IMG/VR virus record: IMGVR_UViG_3300008262_000016
Reading direction: 5' to 3' (one strand)
Source: a virus
DNA length: 64,000 bases
A program made the translations under genes and the position numbers. This document shows, piece by piece, positions 56,169-64,000 of this stretch (within the stretch, counting starts at the first letter, position 1; each line of letters begins with the position of its first letter). The notes under the pieces were generated by a model, which saw nothing but the letters and a program-made list of their open reading frames with translations, was not told the DNA's origin and ran no database searches.

Positions 56169-57749
56169 TTAGAATCTAAATTTGACCTTTGCTGCTACTT
56201 GAGTGTTGTTAATACCATCAGCAATCTGGTGAAGTCCTTCAATGAAAATAGTTTGGTTATAGTCAACAGAGGCAATAACTTCCACATCAGTATTAGTATT
56301 CACGGATGCTTCTAAAGCAACACCAAACTTATCTTTCTTCTTACCACCAAAGCGGTGAGAAACATTTACACCAACTTCACCGACATTCTCTGTCTTGTTG
56401 TAGTCACCAACACTTCTAGCAGACTGAACTGAACCATTCTCACTAAAGGCATCTCTACAAACATTACTTACAGTGTGTCCTACGAATGGAGTGATATTCT
56501 TATGAGCATTCCAATAGAGTCTGTTGTTGACCCACCACTCTTGCCCATTAGAAGCACTATCATTATTGAATACACCAGCAACATTTCTGGAAACAGAATA
56601 CTTGTTGAGAGCATATCCAGCATTGGTGCGAAGTGATAATGTATTACCACGCATCATACTGAATACACCAAAGTGTTCTTTAGAAAGACTCGAAGTGCTG
56701 TCGGCACCAGTTAAATCAACACTTACATTATTATACTGACCACCAATAGTCCAAGTTGGTTTTACATCAATCTCTACACCAGTTCCAAGAATGGTAGAAG
56801 TGCCGTAGTATCCATAGTCTCCGTGTGCCCATCCAAGATAGTTTTTGGAAAAGACTCTAACTTTCTCTTTGGTTTGAGAAGGAGTATGGTTAAGGGCACC
56901 ACGAAGAGTATTACCGACCTTATCAAGCATTTGATACTGGTCAATGCGTCCAGTAAACTTATCTGCTGCGTTTGTAGTTACAGTAGAACTTGAGTATGCG
57001 GTTGTTGTAGAGTTATCACTATAAGTATCTACAGTCGCATATGTTGTGGTTGTATCAGTTCTGGTGTTTCTATCAACAGTCTGAACACCATCTGCTTCTG
57101 ATGGGGTTTCGGTTATTGTAGTAACAACAGACTGAGAATATGGATTGGTTACAGAACTTACCAGAGTTGGTGTTGATGGTTGTTGTACTGTTCCAAACTC
57201 ATAGATATCCAGGATTCCATTCTGGTTAGCATCACCAGAAAGAAGTGTTGCTGAAAGAGTTACAGTAGCACTACGAATAATATTATCCATAGGCATCCAG
57301 TCTGCCGTTGGAGAACAGGTAGTACAGTAGGACTCAACATCACCTAAAGGAATATATGTGAAGGTATAGTCACCAGCAGAAAGTCCAGTGAAGTTTAGAC
57401 CCTGCCATGTGTAAGAATCTCCACCACCATTAGGATCACCATAAGGAACTAACTGGGTTCCATCAGATGTGAAGTAGTTTGTTCCAGGAATCAAACCAGC
57501 AGGAGTTGAACTCTCAAGTAGATTAAATTGATTGATTGTGGTTGTATAACTGGTTCCATTGGCACCTTCTAACTTAATTTCTGCTTCATTAAAGTTAGTT
57601 CCACCGTGCCAAGATCCATACCAGAAAGTAATACCACCTTGCCCATCCCCAACATAACCAATAGAGTTTGTATGCGCCAATGCTGCTGTAGGCAATGTGC
57701 CCATTAATAATGCAGACGCTGCAGCCAACGCCTTCTTAGTGTAAGACAT
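56169..57749 (-). CDS. autotransporter-like outer-membrane protein
   Basis: Signal peptide, passenger starting HTNSIGY, Thr-rich linker, C-terminal beta-barrel pattern ending in F. Confidence 0.7.
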   Translation of the reverse strand: MSYTKKALAAASALLMGTLPTAALAHTNSIGYVGDGQGGITFWYGSWHGGTNFNEAEIKLEGANGTSYTTTINQFNLLESSTPAGLIPGTNYFTSDGTQLVPYGDPNGGGDSYTWQGLNFTGLSAGDYTFTYIPLGDVESYCTTCSPTADWMPMDNIIRSATVTLSATLLSGDANQNGILDIYEFGTVQQPSTPTLVSSVTNPYSQSVVTTITETPSEADGVQTVDRNTRTDTTTTYATVDTYSDNSTTTAYSSSTVTTNAADKFTGRIDQYQMLDKVGNTLRGALNHTPSQTKEKVRVFSKNYLGWAHGDYGYYGTSTILGTGVEIDVKPTWTIGGQYNNVSVDLTGADSTSSLSKEHFGVFSMMRGNTLSLRTNAGYALNKYSVSRNVAGVFNNDSASNGQEWWVNNRLYWNAHKNITPFVGHTVSNVCRDAFSENGSVQSARSVGDYNKTENVGEVGVNVSHRFGGKKKDKFGVALEASVNTNTDVEVIASVDYNQTIFIEGLHQIADGINNTQVAAKVKFRF

Positions 57750-57888
57750 AAAAATCCTCTGTGAGTTCAGTGTGTACTAAACGAAACAAACCGAAGTATG
57801 AAAAGTAAAGTATTCACCGAATCACAGAGGACTCGGACTATGTAGATTCAGACCATTAAGATCAAAATCAGTTATGACTGTATCTTAT

Positions 57889-58554
57889 TTATCCTTTCTT
57901 CCACGCTTCGCCTTCTGCCTTGCGGCGTCTTGCGAGTCCTGCCTCTACATTTGAACCAGGATTACGATAGAGATAAAGAGCATCAGGGACTAAATCCCAC
58001 TCCTTATTTTTAAGTCGCTTAGTAATGGTATTAAAATTATCGCCACCGTAAAACCCAGCACCAAGATTGTAAGCGAAAGATAATAGAGCGCCTCTTTTAC
58101 CATCTGACATTTCATTCCAATGAGGAATCTTTTGAAGTGCTGGAATAAACTGACTCTTACACTGACTAATCAGTAGGTCATCAGCTTCCTGTTGAGTGAT
58201 TGATTCACCAAGTTTGAAAGGAGAACCATCTTTCTTACGGGTAGAACCCCAACCAATAGTGATTGGAAGTCCACCAGAAAGAGGGTCAGGGTATGCATTT
58301 AAATGACATCCCTCAAACTCTTTGATCAACTTGATGCCCATCATAGGGACATCACCACTCGCAGTTACAGGAGCTGCAGCAGCAGGGGCTGGTGCAGCAC
58401 TAGACTTTTTTCCTCTATAGATTTCTGCCCAGTCAATATTATCTTCCAAATATTTGACGGGAAGATTATCTTCTAACCACTGAACTGCTTTCACATGGTT
58501 AGGGTTTCTTTCGTCGTAGAACTTAAAAAAGTTATGAAGGTCGATTCGTGCCAT
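57889..58554 (-). CDS. endolysin, GH24 lysozyme
   Basis: IKEFEG..L.AY.DP.....TIGWGST, ALLSFAYNLG, GL.RRR.AE. Confidence 0.92.
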   Translation of the reverse strand: MARIDLHNFFKFYDERNPNHVKAVQWLEDNLPVKYLEDNIDWAEIYRGKKSSAAPAPAAAAPVTASGDVPMMGIKLIKEFEGCHLNAYPDPLSGGLPITIGWGSTRKKDGSPFKLGESITQQEADDLLISQCKSQFIPALQKIPHWNEMSDGKRGALLSFAYNLGAGFYGGDNFNTITKRLKNKEWDLVPDALYLYRNPGSNVEAGLARRRKAEGEAWKKG

Positions 58555-58652
58555 TGTTGTCTCCGAAATACTTTTGATACAGTTGACTTGCTTCTACATG
58601 CTTTCCATTATTTGTGAGGTCTTTAATCACCTTGAGCATCTTTCTTTTAAAA

Positions 58653-59324
58653 TTAATCGAAGATTCTGCCCCATCCATCGTTCCCTCCTGGACACCAGCG
58701 GTGCTTAAGAACTGCTTTGGTATAAATGGTCTTCTTACCATTCGTCACAGGTCCAGTGTAGTTGTCGTTGAGAGAACCGTATGGATCGTTTATGTAATAT
58801 CCCTTTCCATCTGGGGTTTTACCAATGACGACACACATATGCCCACCAGTAGGTGCAGAAAGAGAACCCCTATGAAGGATGCCAATAACAACTGGCTTCC
58901 CAGCGTCCAAACTTTTATCAATATCAGCAAAAGATAGATTGTAACTAAAGTGTGACTTAACTCCATAAGCCGCCAAAACTTTCGTCTGAACGGCGTGGTC
59001 CGTTGTATCACCAATCTCAAATACTTTCTTAACATACTCATCGTCGCCTTTAATGCTTCCTGGCTTGAGGAAAGATAAACACATAGCGCACGATGAAGAG
59101 TTGCAAGTTCTATGTGCATCTCTGTAGTTGTCTACTTGGTTATAGTATGGAACTGCAAGAACTTCTGGAGTTGGTGGTTTCGTTCTAAAGATACCAATCC
59201 AGTCAGTCTCTGAATCATCCATGAAGTTAGCAGGTAGGTTATCTTCTAACCACTGAACTGCCGCAACATGATTTGAATTGTTTTCGTCGTAATACTTGAA
59301 AAAGTTATGAAGGTCAAGTGTCAT
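58653..59324 (-). CDS. C39-like peptidase
   Basis: VPYYNQ.D....RTCNSSSCAM, GGH, NDPYG. Confidence 0.88.
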   Translation of the reverse strand: MTLDLHNFFKYYDENNSNHVAAVQWLEDNLPANFMDDSETDWIGIFRTKPPTPEVLAVPYYNQVDNYRDAHRTCNSSSCAMCLSFLKPGSIKGDDEYVKKVFEIGDTTDHAVQTKVLAAYGVKSHFSYNLSFADIDKSLDAGKPVVIGILHRGSLSAPTGGHMCVVIGKTPDGKGYYINDPYGSLNDNYTGPVTNGKKTIYTKAVLKHRWCPGGNDGWGRIFD

Positions 59325-59502
59325 CTTTGTCTCCTATAAACTCTAATGAGAAAATATCATGATCTAAAATATCTGGATCCAACCACTCACTGAATTCTGA
59401 TTGAATCGCATGGGCATTCTCAATATTTTCCTCACAAAGAGTATGAATGCGGTCAACTGCCCAATCATGTGTTGTTTGTAGAGTCTGCTCCAAAGTTACC
59501 AT
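59314..59502 (-). CDS. small conserved cyanophage protein
   Basis: HDWAVDRIHTL...AHAIQSEFSEWLDP. Confidence 0.6.
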   Translation of the reverse strand: MVTLEQTLQTTHDWAVDRIHTLCEENIENAHAIQSEFSEWLDPDILDHDIFSLEFIGDKDDT

Positions 59503-59914
59503 AATCTTTTCGCATGTAGCGTCCTAGAATATTGCTATTATAGAATGCTGGACTTCCATCGTCAAGAGACTCCTTCAACACATTATTTAGAAAAAGTTGT
59601 TTCGTTTCTTCATAATTACAGTCACCCTTTGCCTTATGAAGACTCAATATTTCTCTATTGAAATTCTCTTTGTTATACTTTTTGATATCTTCCTTTAACT
59701 CAGGACAAGAACCATAATACTTCTTCCAGTCTGATTCTTGTTTTACTCTTCTCTTCTTTCCTGGAGGAGTTCTGAATGCCCAGAAGTATTTTCTACCGAT
59801 GTATCTTCTACCGGTGGTCTTATTGGTAATACAGTAAACAAAACCAAAGTAGTCCCCAATATCATCACTGTTAAAAATTTCCCCACTATATCTCCAGGGA
59901 TTCCCATAACTCAT
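59465..59914 (-). CDS. GIY-YIG nuclease-domain protein
   Basis: GFVYCITN...YIGRK, ESDWKKYYGS, F.REIL, E...LF, YN.NI. Confidence 0.85.
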   Translation of the reverse strand: MSYGNPWRYSGEIFNSDDIGDYFGFVYCITNKTTGRRYIGRKYFWAFRTPPGKKRRVKQESDWKKYYGSCPELKEDIKKYNKENFNREILSLHKAKGDCNYEETKQLFLNNVLKESLDDGSPAFYNSNILGRYMRKDYGNFGADSTNNT

Positions 59915-60021
59915 ACTATAGAATTCTATGAGCTATTATTTATCTTTAACCGGGACAAACCTAGTCTAGCAATAAAAAAGCACCCTGTCAAGAGGGTGCT
60001 TTATGTGTTATGATAGTTGCA

Positions 60022-61257
60022 TCAGACTGGGGGAAGACTTATTCCAGAACCACCAAGTCTTTTAACAGCAGCACCAGCAGCATCAGATTCGGCACCAGAA
60101 GTGCCTTTCTTCAGTTGAGTTGCTTTTTCAATGCGTTGATTTTTTCTATGAGCCTCAGGATTAATAGGTTCTGGCATTACACCTTCGATAACTTCACCTT
60201 CTGGTTCAATTGGAAACCCTTCAACAATGCTCTGGATATATTCAGCATCCATCTGCATCATAACGTAATGCGCTTCTTCTACGGTGTCTGCGTGCCCCTC
60301 AGAGAGGAGATACTCAAGAACTAAGTCATAGGCGTCATATCCTTCTTTAACATTATATCTTGCATTATTTGCCCAACCTGGATCCCCCTTTGTCTTGAGT
60401 TTTGGTGTTTGTGCCTGTATGCTAGATGCAGGTTCTAAGGATGTATTCGATACACTAATGTTCTTCAGATCTTCAAGATCTTGTTTGATTGACTGAACTC
60501 TTGGAACATTGTATTTTTTCTCAGCAGCCTTGAACAGCTCTTTTTGGGGAGCAGTTGACACATCAATTCTGGATCCACCCTTCTCAACGCTAGGGACAGT
60601 AAACTTACCAGCATACTTTTTAGCCCATATTTCCTTACCAACTGCTTCTGCTTCTTTTGTGTTACCTTGTTTGATTAGATCGCGGTAACGTTGAGAAGGT
60701 GATACCTGTGGAGCGGGTTTTGTTTTTGTTGCTTCAGGTTTTGCTTCTGCTGCAGGCTTTACTTCTGCTGCAGGCTTTGCTTCTGCTGCAGGCTTTGCTT
60801 CTGCTGCAGGCTTTGCTTCTGCTGCAGGTTTTGCTGGTTCTGATGTTGGTAATGGGAAAAGTTTATTAAGTTCCGCTCTCAATTCATCATGAGTTTTTGG
60901 TTTTTGATCTGGTTTTTGATCTGGTTTTTGATCTTGCTTTGGATCCTGTTTTGGATCCTGTTTTGGAGGTGTTGCCCCTGGTTCATCCCATCCCTGTACA
61001 GGAACATTACGTGGTCCAGCAGGATTAATACCAAAAGTTTCAAATTCTGCTCTAGTATATGGACTCTGACCACTAGACTGTCTGAGTTTGTTAATCTGTT
61101 GAGGAGTCATAAATGCACTGGTTGGTTCACCAGCAGCTCTTTTAAGAGCATCTTCCATACCACTCATCCATCCAGGAAGTTTTCCTGGAATAGGATATCT
61201 AAATCTGGTTACTCCACCAGTTGTTAGTCTGTCGTATTTTTCGTTAAAGTTTTCCAT
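60022..61257 (-). CDS. low-complexity putative virion protein with PAAEAK and QDPK/DQKP repeats
   Basis: Tandem 18-bp and 12-bp repeats; EGYDAYDLVLEYLLSEGHADTVEEA module. Confidence 0.65.
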   Translation of the reverse strand: MENFNEKYDRLTTGGVTRFRYPIPGKLPGWMSGMEDALKRAAGEPTSAFMTPQQINKLRQSSGQSPYTRAEFETFGINPAGPRNVPVQGWDEPGATPPKQDPKQDPKQDQKPDQKPDQKPKTHDELRAELNKLFPLPTSEPAKPAAEAKPAAEAKPAAEAKPAAEVKPAAEAKPEATKTKPAPQVSPSQRYRDLIKQGNTKEAEAVGKEIWAKKYAGKFTVPSVEKGGSRIDVSTAPQKELFKAAEKKYNVPRVQSIKQDLEDLKNISVSNTSLEPASSIQAQTPKLKTKGDPGWANNARYNVKEGYDAYDLVLEYLLSEGHADTVEEAHYVMMQMDAEYIQSIVEGFPIEPEGEVIEGVMPEPINPEAHRKNQRIEKATQLKKGTSGAESDAAGAAVKRLGGSGISLPPV

Positions 61258-61258
61258 T

Positions 61259-63358
61259 TCAGCGTCCTTTTTTGAATGTTGATGGATACATGGAACCAGG
61301 TGGAATTAACTCCATCTTAGTTTTTGATAGTGTGTCTGCTGCTCTTACTTCAGTATCTCTTACTTCTCTACCTTTTTTGTTAATCCATTTTTCTGCTTCA
61401 TGACCGATTTTTTCTGGATCTATTCTACCTCCAGTAGCACCTTTAACAATACCAGATGCAAGAGAACCTCCAAAATCAGTTACTCTACCAATGCCTTTTC
61501 CTGCAAGATTAGCAAGATAATCAGACCCTCTCAAAAATTTTTCTGTTGCACGCTGAGACCATTGAGATGGTCCGCTCTGTTGATACGCTTGTTCCATAAA
61601 CTGTGAATAAGTCTTCATTGGTTTCCTCCTGTTAACAGACTCTGGTAATCCTTGAATTTTTTTAATTTCACGAACTTTTTTCCTCATGTTTTCCTCATCA
61701 CTCTTGGTATAAGCATCTGGAAAGAGAGTTCTTCCAATCCTTTCAAAAGGATTAGATGATGTACGTGCTCTAGCAGCATTAGAAGTGTCTGCCGCCTTAT
61801 ATCCTGTATATTCCTGACCCTGATAACTTTGTTTTGTAAGATAACCTACAGTATCTTTACCAGTTCTTGGATCTTTAACAACTGTTTGAAGTGATCTGGT
61901 GCCGAAAGAACCAGGTTCAACAGATGGTTTCCTCATCTGTTGAGTGTCTAGATTTTGTTGTCTAGCAAGTTTTTTCTCGGTTGGAGTTTGACCTGCTAAG
62001 GTTTCAAAAGCACCACCAGCACCGGCATAACCAAGACCACCACCAATGAGTCCACCAGCAATTCTTCCCCAAGGACCAACTAGACCGCCAATGTTTGCTC
62101 CTAGTTTAGCTCCCTGAGAAGCTGCATATAGTTGAGAACCTTTTTTAGCAGCAGTTCTTCCAATTGATGCTTGTTTTTCTGGTGCTGTTATATCATATAC
62201 ACCTTCAATACCAGCGGTAACAGGAAGAGTTAGCCTACCACCAATGGATTTTGTTTTTGATGCTAGATTAGATAATCTTCCTGAAGGGGTGGATAATCTT
62301 CTAGCAGTATCAATTTTCTGAACTGCTTGTGATGTAGGACCAGTAGACCCTGGTTTTGCTGCTTGAACTGATGCCTGCTGACTAAATGCTTTAAAGGTAT
62401 TGGCTGGAGGTGTTCCACCTCTACCATAGGTTACCCTAGAAGCACCAGTTGGTTTAGATGGTTTAGATACATCTGGTAGTTTAGGACCACTACCTCTAGT
62501 GGTTGTAGAACCAGAACCCTGTCCTCCTCTTACCTTGGGTGTTGGAGAGGATTTTGCTGGTTTTGTATCTACATCTTGAACTGCCTTGCCGAGGTCCTTC
62601 AGACCCTGCTGACTATATCCTGACGATTGTTGTGGTCCTTTCTTACCCATCAAATCGTCTGCCTGCTGATGAATAGCAGCATCGATTTTAGCAGTAGTTC
62701 TTTTTACTGGGTCTGGTTCTAAACCTTTGAAAAACTTGGTGTCCTTTGCAGACATCTCTGGTGTTGAAATATTTGCTCTACCAGTTTTTAAATCCGTTGT
62801 GGTAGTAGATGCTCTTCTACTAAATTCACCAAATCCAGTCTGTTTAGCAGTTGATGGTGATGGATAATTTTTTTCAATCTTAGCAATATCTATCTTAATT
62901 CCTCTTCTTGCCGCTCTTCTTTCGGCACCTACACCCTGAGAAGCAGTTCTACTTCTTTCCCTAGCATCTGCTGCTGCTTGTCTTGGGTCTATACCATACT
63001 TTGATGGGTCCTTTCCTGGATCACCATATCCAAGTGATCCTCTACGGGTAGCATAAGTTTCAACACCACGCTGAGTAATGTTACCTTCTGGCGATCTATA
63101 TCCTTTTGCTTGCGCCTGCTGCTCTTTGGCAGATAAGGCAGTATCAGCAACTCTCTGAGCAGAAGGTGTTGTTGCTGCTTGTTGAACAGCAATTTTTGCT
63201 GCTCGTCTAGCAGCTCTACCTTGATATGATGGTTGAGAAGAAGGTTGTCTATCTATTCTAATCTCAATGTTTTTGTTTCTAAGAGGATCTTTGAATTCCT
63301 TCTTACTTCTACCCTGTTCATGTAATATTTCCTTAAAGGACTTCATCTCTATCGACAC
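61259..63358 (-). CDS. large basic putative internal virion protein
   Basis: MKSFKEILHE and internal MKTYSQFME motifs, glycine zipper, TATAAATA at 63368-63375. Confidence 0.65.
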   Translation of the reverse strand: MSIEMKSFKEILHEQGRSKKEFKDPLRNKNIEIRIDRQPSSQPSYQGRAARRAAKIAVQQAATTPSAQRVADTALSAKEQQAQAKGYRSPEGNITQRGVETYATRRGSLGYGDPGKDPSKYGIDPRQAAADARERSRTASQGVGAERRAARRGIKIDIAKIEKNYPSPSTAKQTGFGEFSRRASTTTTDLKTGRANISTPEMSAKDTKFFKGLEPDPVKRTTAKIDAAIHQQADDLMGKKGPQQSSGYSQQGLKDLGKAVQDVDTKPAKSSPTPKVRGGQGSGSTTTRGSGPKLPDVSKPSKPTGASRVTYGRGGTPPANTFKAFSQQASVQAAKPGSTGPTSQAVQKIDTARRLSTPSGRLSNLASKTKSIGGRLTLPVTAGIEGVYDITAPEKQASIGRTAAKKGSQLYAASQGAKLGANIGGLVGPWGRIAGGLIGGGLGYAGAGGAFETLAGQTPTEKKLARQQNLDTQQMRKPSVEPGSFGTRSLQTVVKDPRTGKDTVGYLTKQSYQGQEYTGYKAADTSNAARARTSSNPFERIGRTLFPDAYTKSDEENMRKKVREIKKIQGLPESVNRRKPMKTYSQFMEQAYQQSGPSQWSQRATEKFLRGSDYLANLAGKGIGRVTDFGGSLASGIVKGATGGRIDPEKIGHEAEKWINKKGREVRDTEVRAADTLSKTKMELIPPGSMYPSTFKKGR

Positions 63359-63504
63359 TTTTTTTAGTATTTATAAAAAAAGGAGGGTATTACCCCTCCG
63401 TTTCCTTCAACCATTCTTTGCAATAATCATAGTCTCCGAACAAGAATTCATCACATTCTGCTGCTTCTTGATAAGCATTTATAATTTCTTGTTCGACCCA
63501 CTCA

Positions 63505-64000
63505 TCATAATTGGAATCCTGTAAAAGAGTCTTTGGTAACATCTTGCTTAATTCCTCCAACAATATATGATTCGACCTCAGTTTCTTGTGGTGCAACTTG
63601 AAGACCCTTTGAAGAAATCCAGTGCTCTGTCCAAGGAAGAGGATTATTCTTTGCGGAAATATCATAAAGTGGTTTGAATCCAATTGCCTTCATTCTACGG
63701 TTCGCAATCCATTCAACATACTGCTGTAACAGTTTGTCATTCAGACCAATCATAGATCCATCCTTGAACAGATACTCTGCCCAAAGTTTTTCCTGGTTTA
63801 CAGCGTTCTCAAAGGTCTTGTAGATCCACTGTTCTTCTTCTTTGGCGATACGCGCCATTTCTGGATCATCTCCATTCATCCAGTTCTTAAGGATGTTCTG
63901 GGTGATGACTAGGTGCTGGTTTTCATCTCTAGCAATTAGTGAGATGATTTTTGCACTTCCTTCCATAAGTTTGAGTTCGCCAAATGCAAAACTGCAAGCA
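63505..64000 (-). CDS. nrdB: ribonucleotide reductase class Ia beta subunit, 3' part
   Basis: KIISLIARDENQHL, EKLWAEYLF, NPLPW, QVAPQETEVESY. Confidence 0.96.
   Translation of the reverse strand, partial: ACSFAFGELKLMEGSAKIISLIARDENQHLVITQNILKNWMNGDDPEMARIAKEEEQWIYKTFENAVNQEKLWAEYLFKDGSMIGLNDKLLQQYVEWIANRRMKAIGFKPLYDISAKNNPLPWTEHWISSKGLQVAPQETEVESYIVGGIKQDVTKDSFTGFQL

Noticed and set aside
63390-63683. 97-aa ORF overlapping the nrdB 3' end
   Set aside because: The N-terminal half is an alternative frame of nrdB; only a short acidic C-terminal ORF might be real and I could not support it.

Overview
This window is 64 kb of a T4-like cyanomyovirus genome, probably infecting freshwater Synechococcus/Cyanobium. 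Nearly all genes are on the minus strand. From left to right: (1) replication and nucleotide core genes (Mom-like fragment, gp32, gp59, gp33, exonuclease, phoH, thyX, glutaredoxin); (2) a glutamine-riboswitch/DUF4278 small-ORF locus; (3) a ~20-kb island with two Gly-Ala-Gln collagen tail fibres flanked by glycosyl-, methyl- and sulfotransferases and UDP-galactopyranose mutase; (4) photosynthesis genes (psbD, interrupted psbA with PhotoRC-II leader, 2 hli, petF, peroxiredoxin); (5) a second glycosyltransferase island behind a wcaG RNA; (6) 7 tRNAs, outer-membrane-like and lysis genes, large low-complexity putative virion proteins and the 3' end of nrdB. The most striking observation is two tandem glutamine-II (Downstream-peptide)-type aptamers, each with a paralogous small ORF looped out of its P2 stem and closed by long-range pairing between the start and end of the ORF. 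A wcaG-like RNA may be split by an ORF in the same way. psbA as given lacks codons 331-336 and keeps only the 3' half of a group I intron. Family assignments come from motif recognition only; no searches or folding programs were run.
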